Shown: positions 54,245 through 63,175 of the stretch, piece after piece
Layout of the letters: each line of letters opens with the position of its first letter
Position numbering within the stretch: the first letter of the stretch is position 1
DNA from: an uncultured Gammaproteobacteria bacterium
GTDB taxonomy: Bacteria > Pseudomonadota > Gammaproteobacteria > Eutrophobiales > Eutrophobiaceae
Length of the DNA stretch: 64,000 nucleotides
Reading direction: 5' to 3'
Assembly: GCA_963976795.1 (NCBI GenBank)
Contig: CAXBLT010000014.1
Location: 2,314-66,313 of the forward strand
The notes under the pieces: generated by a model
The model's input: only the letters and a program-made list of their open reading frames with translations
Database searches by the model: none
What the model was told of the DNA's origin: nothing
Made by a program: the position numbers and the translations under genes

Positions 54245-55798
54245 CTATGCGGCTATTAACTGATCAAGTTCAGTTCTGTGTTTGTTTTGATGTTTCACAA
54301 AATATTGCCGAAGTATTTTTGCCCCAGCAGTTCGTGATGCATCGGATGGATTATTTTCGATTGAAATTCGAATGCTTTGCAGCATCATTTTGAGTGCTAC
54401 TATGTCCGTATTTATGACCAACTCACCATTAATTAATCGTTGCCAACTTGGATGGGTCTCTGGCGGGATAGTAATTTGGTTGTTATCATTGTTGTCAGTA
54501 GGTAAGACTTGGGGTGCTATCCCATTTAACTGAAGTATTTCATTTTGTGATGAAGCTTGATGTTTAAGAAAATATTGGCGTAATATTTTTATTCCCGCCA
54601 TGCGATTAGTTTCAGACGTGTTTTTTTCAACAGATTGTCGTACTCTTTCCAACATCATCTGTAAACCAACTGTATTTGTCTGAATTTTTAACTCACCAAT
54701 AACCAGTTGTTGCCAACATGAGGCATTCTCTGACGGTAATATGACATCTGTTTTTGCAGAAGTAATGGGTATCGATACTCGAATTCCCATTTGTTGTGAT
54801 TCTGAACTTAGCCGCGCCTTATGTTTTATAAAAAATTGCCTAAGTATTTTTGCACCTGCTTGCCGAGATGACTCCGATGGGTTTCTTTCCACCGATTGGC
54901 GTACACGCTCCATCATCATTTGCAATGCAACATTTGATGTTTGAATTTGTAGTTCAGCATTAATGATTTTTTGCCAAACGGCATCATTCACACCTGGAAA
55001 AACTGAAGACTCAGATGCAAGTATGCCTATTTGTTCTTGATTTGATGCTTGAGTTGAAATGCCAGAAATTATGGCAATGTCGGCTTTGTGTTTATCTTGA
55101 TTTTTGATGAAGTATTGGCGCAATAATTTTGCAGATTTAATGCGTGAAACTTCAGAAGGGTTCTTTGCGATATCTTGACGAATACGTTGCAGCAGCATTT
55201 GTAGACCAACAGCTTTTGTCTTAATAATTTGATCGCCATTGATGATTCGTTGCCAATTATCATGTGTTTCTGGCGGAATATTAGTGTGTTCAATTAATTC
55301 AAAAGATTTCGTGTCAAAATAATCCGTAGGGCTTGACGTAGACGTGTTGGTTGCATTTGCAACATTTGATAATGCATCGGCAAGATTATCAGCTCCTGCT
55401 CCGGTACGTTCACTTACTTCACGAATCTCAGCCGCAGTAACACCAGAAATTTTCGCTGCGGCTTGGTTAGATTTTGTGTTGTTAAGGATATCGATTAAAA
55501 ATGCTTCCATCTCGTTGGTCAGTTGGGAACCTGAGGGAGCCCAACTCTTATTACTCTCTACCGTGCTAGGTGCAGGTACGTGTAAATACGTACGCATTCC
55601 GGATATTGGTAAATGGCGCAATTTAATGGTTTGAATATCGTCATTAGATTTTGAATTGCCGAAAAAGGATTTCTTCTTCTTTGAACCGTGAGCAATAGCG
55701 ATATCTATACGATTTGAAGGTCGATCCACCTCAACTGTATTTATATGCCATTCATCATCTAAATTTAATAATAGTGTAAGTATTTCTGTATCTTGCAT
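54245..55798 (-). CDS. tandem-repeat protein: N-terminal ISL3-transposase-N-like (cysteine-less) domain + four ~90-aa repeats; first gene of chemosensory operon
   Basis: 517 aa; repeats start at W182, W275, W362, W452 with consensus WQ.IINGEL.I.T..VALQMM.ERVRQSVE.NPSE.SR.AGAKILRQYFIKH; N-terminus VEVDR...IKLRHLPISGMRTYLHV mimics zf-ISL3 pattern without Cys; no DDE domain. Confidence 0.7.
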   Translation of the reverse strand: MQDTEILTLLLNLDDEWHINTVEVDRPSNRIDIAIAHGSKKKKSFFGNSKSNDDIQTIKLRHLPISGMRTYLHVPAPSTVESNKSWAPSGSQLTNEMEAFLIDILNNTKSNQAAAKISGVTAAEIREVSERTGAGADNLADALSNVANATNTSTSSPTDYFDTKSFELIEHTNIPPETHDNWQRIINGDQIIKTKAVGLQMLLQRIRQDIAKNPSEVSRIKSAKLLRQYFIKNQDKHKADIAIISGISTQASNQEQIGILASESSVFPGVNDAVWQKIINAELQIQTSNVALQMMMERVRQSVERNPSESSRQAGAKILRQFFIKHKARLSSESQQMGIRVSIPITSAKTDVILPSENASCWQQLVIGELKIQTNTVGLQMMLERVRQSVEKNTSETNRMAGIKILRQYFLKHQASSQNEILQLNGIAPQVLPTDNNDNNQITIPPETHPSWQRLINGELVINTDIVALKMMLQSIRISIENNPSDASRTAGAKILRQYFVKHQNKHRTELDQLIAA

Positions 55799-56681
55799 CT
55801 ATGCACTCCTTAGGCATATATACATCTACTCACACACTTCCGATACGTCCTTAATTTACGATAGTTTACCTGTAGATTAATTGTGAAAAATCTTATGGAA
55901 CTTGTCGCTTCCCCTGCCTTATAAAACTCGTACTAAATACCTAAACAACTATTTTCATTAAAGATATAAAGCGAAGTGTGCTCTTAAAATTTATTATTAT
56001 ATAATTCTCTGTTACGGACTTATTTGTACCATTAATTAATTTCAAAGTCACGTTTGTTGAAAATAATCATTTTCTTTCAATGGCTTAGATAAGTTTTTGA
56101 AAGGTAATTAGTATTTTGAGTATTTCTTCTAAGTACAAGTAAATCAAATAGATATTAGTGTTAACTAATGTGTTTAGTAATCCATAGTGTTTGTAGTTAG
56201 CGACACATTAATTTCTTTAATAGGGTGAGATGTGTAGTCGAATATATACCCTTAATTAGGTAGTGATTTATAAATGATGGGGCTTTTTTTAGATTACTAC
56301 AACACAGGCTCATCAAAAGAAGGAATCATATCTATGATAGAGCAACTTGAAGACAGAACTTTTCATCAATAAACAAGAGGCTTGGCAGTATTGCTCAGCA
56401 GATTTAGTAATCTGATGAATATATAATTGTTTAGTTCGATAATGATCTTGTCTCTGGAATGAGCACATATAAACAGAATGAAGATACAAGTTTCTGAACA
56501 TCCTTCTTAAAAAATATTAATTGGGAAGAAACTCCTGGCACCACCATTGAATTACACCATAGATAATAAACATTCGGTTTCAGAGTCAGGTTTTAAATCT
56601 TAAACTTGAAATACGGTGGTTATAGCTGAACTTAAATCAGCGACATCAGCTTTATGAGTGTTGTGATTAAATATTGTTAGT

Positions 56682-57680
56682 CTATTTAAATATGGATTTA
56701 AAAAAATCAGTTAAGCGCTTCTCACTCCAATACTTTGGATGAAATGGTGTGTCGCCATAAACAAACCCAACATGTCCACCTCGTTCCGTTAGTTCTAATG
56801 TGACGCTCTCTGATAAGTCATCTTCGTTTGGGAGTGCGCTCTGGTTCATGAAGGGGTCGTCTTTGCTGTGGAGTATAAGCGTAGGAGTGGTGATGTGTTT
56901 TATGAATTGTTTGCAACTGGATTTGCTGTAGTAGTCATCGACACTATCAAAATTATGTAAGGGGGCGGTGACGTTGTGGTCGAATGAGTAGAAGTTTGTC
57001 CATTCGTTTAGTCTGCTTAGATCAATGGGTGCCAGTTTGTTTTTGAATTTATCGCGTGTTTTTATAATCAGGCTGTTGATTAAATAACTTTGGTATATTC
57101 TGGCGAAACCTGTTTCCAATTCTTTAGCGCAAATGCCGAGATCGAAAGGAATTGAGATTGCCATTGCTGCGGTTAAAGGACATTTTTCGCCGAGTTCGCC
57201 CATATATTTAATCAAGGCATTGCCACCAAGAGAGATACCTACGGCTGTTATTTTTCTATTGGGGTAACGTTTAATTAATTCGTTGATAAAGAAACTGATG
57301 TCACCAGTGTCACCCGAATGATAGCTGCGATTCAATCGATTGTGCCGACCGCTGCAACCACGAAAATGCATGAGTACGCCTTGCCAGCCATTACCGATGA
57401 CAGCGTTTAAAATCAATTTCACATAATGTGAGTCTACCGAGCCTTCGAGGCCATGAAATAGGGCGACTATTGGGCCAGTTTCTTTTTTCTCAGTCCATGC
57501 AAGGTCAACGAAATCGCCATCAGCTAATTCAAACTCTTCACGAAGTAGCTTCGGAGGAGAGGGACTTTTAAATAGCCGTGGATACAGTGTTTGTAAGTGA
57601 CGATTGGAGCACCACCAAGCAGGTTTGAATTCACTGTTGATAATGTTGATTGCTGGTATCCCTTGATAGGTGTTACTTAT
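56682..57680 (-). CDS. YheT-like alpha/beta hydrolase; intact frame but no canonical start codon (ATA overlapping ygfZ stop)
   Basis: in-frame conserved N-terminus (NRHLQTLYPRLF...DGDFVDLAW...FHGLEGS) upstream of GTG at 57422 called by ORF track; catalytic GISLGGN, SKDDPF, GGHVGF present; no ATG/GTG/TTG between 57423 and in-frame stop at 57691-57693. Confidence 0.6.
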   Translation of the reverse strand: MSNTYQGIPAINIINSEFKPAWWCSNRHLQTLYPRLFKSPSPPKLLREEFELADGDFVDLAWTEKKETGPIVALFHGLEGSVDSHYVKLILNAVIGNGWQGVLMHFRGCSGRHNRLNRSYHSGDTGDISFFINELIKRYPNRKITAVGISLGGNALIKYMGELGEKCPLTAAMAISIPFDLGICAKELETGFARIYQSYLINSLIIKTRDKFKNKLAPIDLSRLNEWTNFYSFDHNVTAPLHNFDSVDDYYSKSSCKQFIKHITTPTLILHSKDDPFMNQSALPNEDDLSESVTLELTERGGHVGFVYGDTPFHPKYWSEKRLTDFFKSIFK

Positions 57681-58690
57681 GGTTCGATATCAGAAGGTAG
57701 TTCAATAATTGAGATTGCTTTATTTTCAATTAATAGCTTGTCGTTTAGTTTATCTAGATCGATTACTGCTAGCGCATAACTCAATCCATCAGGATGAGTT
57801 GCTGCATTTATGATAGTGCCTGCCTTACTATTGGACTGTTCAGAAATGAGATGTTTATCAATAGATAATGGTTGTGCGGATTGTATCAAGCTAAGACGTT
57901 TTTTTACTTCTCCGCGATAATGTAAGCGCGCGATGACTTCCTGTCCCGGATAGCATCCTTTTTGATAGCTTAAGCCTTTGAGAGCATCAAGGTTTAGCAT
58001 CTGTGGTAAGTACTGTTCTTGAGTTAATGATGTTACCCACGGCAGGCCAGCGAGGATGTCTAATAGATTCCAGATATGAATCCCTGTCATTGAGACATTA
58101 TCTTTAAAATGCGATATGTTTTTTATCAAGGCCTCAATATTGCCTGTTATAAGGTGGCGATTAGAGCCATCGGGATGACAAATAATAATTAACCCATCAA
58201 CAGCATTTACTTCTCCAGGGTTTGACGGGAGGTTACCGTTTAATGAGGCAAGATTGCTGCAATTTGGCAGTACATTGGCCAGACCAAGTAAAGGTGATGA
58301 GTCTGAGATATCATTGATCGTCACATCAGAACGCATGACAAACATCTCTAGTCTTTTTTGCACAAACTCTTTTAAATCTGTTTTGAATATCAACAGATAG
58401 GCAATTCCAGTGTTGATGACTAAAAAGTTGCTAATAACTTGCCCTTTAGGATTGCACCAAGCGGAGATTTGCGCAGCAGGTTCTTCAATAAGATTTAAAT
58501 CGTTGATGAATTGACCATGTAAAAATTCGTGCCGATCATTACCAACAACGGCTAGCATTGAAAACCCGGAGAGAGGCGTGATTAAGGGTGTCTCTGAAAC
58601 ATTGATGCCTGAGTCATTGAAGTCAATGACATCATTGTTCAGTATTGTTGCGCCCTTTTGTTCAAGAAAGGCTTGCCATGTCTCTTGCAT
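57677..58690 (-). CDS. ygfZ: folate-binding tRNA-modification protein YgfZ (GcvT-like)
   Basis: 337 aa, aminomethyltransferase-like fold, neighbour of sdhE as in E. coli. Confidence 0.8.
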   Translation of the reverse strand: MQETWQAFLEQKGATILNNDVIDFNDSGINVSETPLITPLSGFSMLAVVGNDRHEFLHGQFINDLNLIEEPAAQISAWCNPKGQVISNFLVINTGIAYLLIFKTDLKEFVQKRLEMFVMRSDVTINDISDSSPLLGLANVLPNCSNLASLNGNLPSNPGEVNAVDGLIIICHPDGSNRHLITGNIEALIKNISHFKDNVSMTGIHIWNLLDILAGLPWVTSLTQEQYLPQMLNLDALKGLSYQKGCYPGQEVIARLHYRGEVKKRLSLIQSAQPLSIDKHLISEQSNSKAGTIINAATHPDGLSYALAVIDLDKLNDKLLIENKAISIIELPSDIEP

Positions 58691-58699
58691 CGTTTTAAT

Positions 58700-58948
58700 T
58701 CAATCTGTTTGTCTGGATTGTCGAATTAAGGTAATGATGTTTTTTATACCGTCATTTTCTGGAATATCTTTCCCCATTATCCAGTTAAGGATATCGAGAT
58801 CAGCTTCGTCTAATAGTTGTGAAAATGAATTTTTATCAGTGTCACTTAGCGTGTTATACGACTGATTTAAAAAGTCTTGTAGCACTATATCCATTTCTCG
58901 AATACCGCGACGGCAACGCCAGAGAAGCCGAGAATGTTCTCCTTCCAT
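58700..58948 (-). CDS. sdhE: FAD assembly factor SdhE
   Basis: 82 aa, RGxxE motif (CRRGIREMD), abuts sdhB. Confidence 0.85.
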   Translation of the reverse strand: MEGEHSRLLWRCRRGIREMDIVLQDFLNQSYNTLSDTDKNSFSQLLDEADLDILNWIMGKDIPENDGIKNIITLIRQSRQTD

Positions 58949-59731
58949 TTAAAGGGTGCGAGACAGCATCAATTTTTTGATTTCAGCGATTGCTTTCGCT
59001 GGGTTTAATCCCTTTGGACAAGTGTTCGTGCAATTCATGATCGTATGACAACGGTATAGGCGGAACGGATCCTCCAGATCATCTAGACGTTCACCGGTAA
59101 ATTCATCACGGCTGTCCGCAATCCAGCGATAGGCTTGAAGTAAAATAGCAGGGCCCAGATAACGGTCACTATTCCACCAGTAACTTGGGCAACTGGTTGA
59201 GCAACAGGCACACAAGATACATTCATATAATCCATCGAGTTCAGCGCGTTCTTCTTTTGATTGCAATGTTTCTGCGTCTGGTGGGGGAGCAGTTTGAGTC
59301 TGCATCCAGGGTTTAATTGATGTGTATTGCGCATAAAAGTGTGTCAAATCCGGGACCAAATCTTTTACTACAGGCATGTGTGGTAATGGGTAGATTGGGA
59401 TGTCACCGTTGTATTCATTAATCGCTTTGGTGCAGGCCAAGGTATTTGTGCCACCAATATTCATGGCACACGAGCCACAAATACCTTCGCGACAGGAGCG
59501 ACGGAAGGTTAATGTAGAGTCAATTTCATTTTTAATATAGATGATGGCATCTAATATCATCGGACCACAGTTATCGAGATTAATTTCATAGCTATCTAAT
59601 CTTGGATTATCGCCGGAGTCAGGTTCCCACCTGTAAATACGAAAGGTTTTTTTGTTGCTTGCGCCTTTTGCAGCGGCGAAGGTCTTGCCCGTTTTAATTT
59701 TAGAATTTTTAGGTAATGTAAATTCAGCCAT
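58949..59731 (-). CDS. sdhB: succinate dehydrogenase iron-sulfur subunit
   Basis: 260 aa, 2Fe-2S/4Fe-4S/3Fe-4S cysteine clusters. Confidence 0.95.
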   Translation of the reverse strand: MAEFTLPKNSKIKTGKTFAAAKGASNKKTFRIYRWEPDSGDNPRLDSYEINLDNCGPMILDAIIYIKNEIDSTLTFRRSCREGICGSCAMNIGGTNTLACTKAINEYNGDIPIYPLPHMPVVKDLVPDLTHFYAQYTSIKPWMQTQTAPPPDAETLQSKEERAELDGLYECILCACCSTSCPSYWWNSDRYLGPAILLQAYRWIADSRDEFTGERLDDLEDPFRLYRCHTIMNCTNTCPKGLNPAKAIAEIKKLMLSRTL

Positions 59732-59757
59732 AGTTATTCTCTGTTATTAATACTCGA

Positions 59758-61545
59758 TTAGTAGACACGTTTCTTTGGTGGGAATACATCAACTTCATCT
59801 GTTAGCGTAAACATATGCACAGGTCGATATTCGAAACTGACTTCGCCTTTGTCACTAAACTTAGCCAGAGTATGTTTCATCCAGTTTTCATCATCACGAT
59901 CCGGAAAATCTTCTCGGGCGTGACCGCCACGACTTTCCTCACGGTTGTATGCACCATGAATACTAACCATGGCACATCGTAGAAGATTATCGAGTTCTAA
60001 CGTCTCTACCAGATCGGTATTCCAGACCATGCCCTTATCTTCAACCTTCACTTGTGAGAATGAATCCCAAATTTTTGCCATCTCATCAATACCATGTTTC
60101 ATGGATTCACCAGTACGGAATACTGCGGCATCGTTTTGCATGGTACGTTGCATGTTACTTCGTATTTCAGCAGTCGGTATTGACCCTTTGTTATGACGTA
60201 ATCTATCTAGGCGTTCCAGGCCTTCATCACCGGCGTCAGGCATCGATTTGTGTGCTTGATTAGGTTTTATGTTTTCTGCGCAGTAATTAGCAGCTGAGCG
60301 TCCGAAAACAATTAAATCGAGCAATGAATTTGAACCCAGACGATTGGCGCCGTGAACTGATACACAAGCCGCTTCACCAATGGCCATCAGACCTTCGACA
60401 ATTGTATCAGGGTCGCCATCTTTCATGGTTACTACCTGTCCATGATAATTGGTTTGTATGCCACCCATGTTGTAATGGACGGTTGGAATGACTGGTATTG
60501 GTTCTTTAGTGACATCAACACCAGCAAAGATCTCCGCCGATTCCGCTATACCCGGCAAACGTTCATTAATCACTTCTGGTCCCAGATGTTCCAGATGTAA
60601 GTGGATATGATCTTTATCTTTACCAACACCGCGGCCTTCGCGTATTTCCATGGTCATGGAACGACTAACTACATCTCGTGATGCCAAGTCTTTTGCAGAA
60701 GGGGCGTAACGTTCCATAAAGCGCTCACCTTCAGAGTTGGTGAGATAGCCTCCTTCCCCGCGAACACCTTCGGTAATCAAACAACCTGAACCGTAAATGC
60801 CTGTTGGGTGAAATTGAATAAACTCCATGTCTTGCAATGGCAGACCTGCACGTAGAACCATGCCATTGCCATCACCGGTACAGGTGTGAGCAGAGGTGGC
60901 CGAGAAATAAGAACGACCGTAACCGCCAGTAGCCAATACAACTTGATGTGCTCGAAAACGATGAATCTTTCCATCTTCCAGATTCCAGGCCATCACACCA
61001 CGACAGACGCCGTCGACATCCATTATTAAATCAAAAGCAAAGTATTCGATAAAAAACTCTGCTTCGTGCTTTAACGATTGTTGATAAAGAGTATGCAAGA
61101 TGGCATGTCCGGTTCTGTCAGCTGCGGCACAGGTACGCTGAGCTGTTCCTTCTCCATAATTAGTGGTCATGCCACCAAAAGGCCGTTGGTATATTTTCCC
61201 TTCTTCCGTCCGGGAGAAAGGCACACCTTGATGTTCTAGTTCAATAACAGCCGGTACAGCCTCGCGACACATGTATTCTATAGCATCCTGATCGCCAAGC
61301 CAGTCAGAACCTTTTACGGTGTCATACATATGCCAACGCCAGTCATCTTTTCCCATATTACCAAGTGAAGCACTCATGCCACCTTGTGCCGCAACAGTAT
61401 GGCTACGGGTTGGAAATACTTTGGTGATGCACGCGGTTTTCAATCCTTTTGCGGCCATGCCAAATGTCGCTCTAAGGCCAGCACCACCAGCGCCAACGAC
61501 GACGATGTCGTACTTGTGTTCAATAATTTCGTATGATTTTGTCAT
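59758..61545 (-). CDS. sdhA: succinate dehydrogenase flavoprotein subunit
   Basis: 595 aa, FAD-binding GAGGAG, covalent-FAD His region. Confidence 0.97.
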   Translation of the reverse strand: MTKSYEIIEHKYDIVVVGAGGAGLRATFGMAAKGLKTACITKVFPTRSHTVAAQGGMSASLGNMGKDDWRWHMYDTVKGSDWLGDQDAIEYMCREAVPAVIELEHQGVPFSRTEEGKIYQRPFGGMTTNYGEGTAQRTCAAADRTGHAILHTLYQQSLKHEAEFFIEYFAFDLIMDVDGVCRGVMAWNLEDGKIHRFRAHQVVLATGGYGRSYFSATSAHTCTGDGNGMVLRAGLPLQDMEFIQFHPTGIYGSGCLITEGVRGEGGYLTNSEGERFMERYAPSAKDLASRDVVSRSMTMEIREGRGVGKDKDHIHLHLEHLGPEVINERLPGIAESAEIFAGVDVTKEPIPVIPTVHYNMGGIQTNYHGQVVTMKDGDPDTIVEGLMAIGEAACVSVHGANRLGSNSLLDLIVFGRSAANYCAENIKPNQAHKSMPDAGDEGLERLDRLRHNKGSIPTAEIRSNMQRTMQNDAAVFRTGESMKHGIDEMAKIWDSFSQVKVEDKGMVWNTDLVETLELDNLLRCAMVSIHGAYNREESRGGHAREDFPDRDDENWMKHTLAKFSDKGEVSFEYRPVHMFTLTDEVDVFPPKKRVY

Positions 61546-61551
61546 TATAAT

Positions 61552-61932
61552 TTACAGCCCTAAATAAATCTTTAACACAGCAATTGCGGCGCTAAGCCCA
61601 GCCAGCAATGCAAGAAACTTGACAAGGATCAGACAAGCAATTTTTTGCCATTCCGATTCGACGTAATCTTCTATTACCACTTGCAGCCCTAATGCCGCAT
61701 GATAATAAAGTGAGATTATGAAAAGTAGCATGAGAACGGCATTTAATGGATTTGCTAGCCAAGTGACCGCTGTAGCGTAATCAGCACCTGTTACCGATAC
61801 CAGAGAATAGATAAACCACAAACTAAGAGGGACTAGTGCTAGCGCTGTTAGACGTTGTGACCACCAGTGATGAACACCTTCTTTAGCTGAACCTAGACCG
61901 CGAACACGTGCTAGAGGGCGTTGAAGACTCAT
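61552..61932 (-). CDS. sdhD: succinate dehydrogenase hydrophobic anchor subunit
   Basis: 126 aa, 3 TM, position. Confidence 0.85.
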   Translation of the reverse strand: MSLQRPLARVRGLGSAKEGVHHWWSQRLTALALVPLSLWFIYSLVSVTGADYATAVTWLANPLNAVLMLLFIISLYYHAALGLQVVIEDYVESEWQKIACLILVKFLALLAGLSAAIAVLKIYLGL

Positions 61933-62312
61933 ATCATGCCTCCAAGTATTAGCGTGATTATTGACAGGATGATGCTGAATGCAATAGTGATATATCCAGT
62001 CATATAAACTGTCGATATTTCCAGGCCTTTGCCAGCATCCCAGAATAAATGCCGGATGCCATTTGCGAAATGAAAGTAAAATGAAAATACAAATGCAGCA
62101 AGACTGATTTTTCCATACCAGGTCGACGCATGTATTTGTAAATTGTTGAATGCCTCTTCGCCACTAGCAAGCCCGACTAACCAACAGGTTAATAACAAAG
62201 CCCCGAGGCTAAGGAAGACACCAGTACCTCTGTGTGTAATCGATAAAACCGATGTTAATTGAGGTTTATAGACTTGCAAATGAGGTGATAACGGTCGTTT
62301 CACCGATTCCAT
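61929..62312 (-). CDS. sdhC: succinate dehydrogenase cytochrome b556 subunit
   Basis: 127 aa, 3 TM, heme-ligand His, first gene of sdhCDAB. Confidence 0.88.
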   Translation of the reverse strand: MESVKRPLSPHLQVYKPQLTSVLSITHRGTGVFLSLGALLLTCWLVGLASGEEAFNNLQIHASTWYGKISLAAFVFSFYFHFANGIRHLFWDAGKGLEISTVYMTGYITIAFSIILSIITLILGGMI

Positions 62313-62715
62313 AATTGATATCCTCTAGAGTAATTTTGTTGGGTTGACCTGTTGTAATCTACAAGCCATCTCGGCTCAGCAATTATTATTGCTATTCTTG
62401 CTAAAAATCTATGCAGCGTCCTTTTTTTTCCCAGTCTCCATACCGTGTAGGTTCAGGACCCTTAGGACCTCCTATCTCTGTGAACTTCTCTTTAGGCTTC
62501 ATCTCAGTCTGGAGGGAAGAGTCAATATCTGTATGTCTATTATTATTATCTGAGTTTTTAATATTATTCATTTTATTTTACATCATGATACAAGTGTAGA
62601 AATGTTATTTTCTGTATGCTGCATTGCAAGAGCGTAATTCTAAGGTTATTTTGAGTAAAAATCACGCTAGAATCGCAATTTCATGGAATGGACTCCAAAC
62701 TATTCGTAATATGAC

Positions 62716-63165
62716 ATGGACAGCTACGAAAATCCTTTTCTTCTCACGTTAAGGCTACCTATTAGAAATCCTCTAATAATCGCTAAAGTACTTCTCTTTG
62801 CCTACAGTTTTGGTTTGTTTTTACCGTGGTTAACCCATCTAGACTTGGTATTGAAGATATTGTTAACCATTTGTCTCATTTTGAGTTTGTGGAATTTAAT
62901 TTATAAATACAGATCTCCAACGACCACAAGACGAGTAATTGAGTTAATACTGGGATCTGAAGATGATTGGCAAGTGAAAATGAATAACGGAGAAGTGCAT
63001 CAGGCTGTTTTGGGCAGTTCATTATTTGTACATCCGCGATTGACCATTATTTTGTTAAGTTATGAAGGTCATAAAAAATATTTCATCTTTACACAGGATA
63101 ATATTGAAGCTGATTTGTTTAGACGGTTACGTGTCAGGCTTCGTTTTAAAGTCAATAGAGCGTAA
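62716..63165 (+). CDS. YgfX/CptA-like (DUF1434) inner-membrane protein
   Basis: 149 aa; two TM helices then W-containing C-terminal domain with basic tail, resembling E. coli YgfX (toxin partner of SdhE/YgfY). Confidence 0.5.
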   Translation: MDSYENPFLLTLRLPIRNPLIIAKVLLFAYSFGLFLPWLTHLDLVLKILLTICLILSLWNLIYKYRSPTTTRRVIELILGSEDDWQVKMNNGEVHQAVLGSSLFVHPRLTIILLSYEGHKKYFIFTQDNIEADLFRRLRVRLRFKVNRA

Positions 63166-63175
63166 TTAGAGAACA

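Noticed and set aside
54245-55798. Possible ISL3-family transposase / mobile element
   Set aside because: Only the N-terminal DNA-binding-like pattern is present; zinc-finger cysteines and the DDE catalytic domain are absent and no terminal inverted repeats were found, so it is not a transposase or IS.
56313-56501. 62-aa ORF in the AT-rich gap upstream of the che operon
   Set aside because: No RBS, poor codon usage, lies in very AT-rich DNA; likely spurious, though small-protein/sRNA function cannot be excluded.
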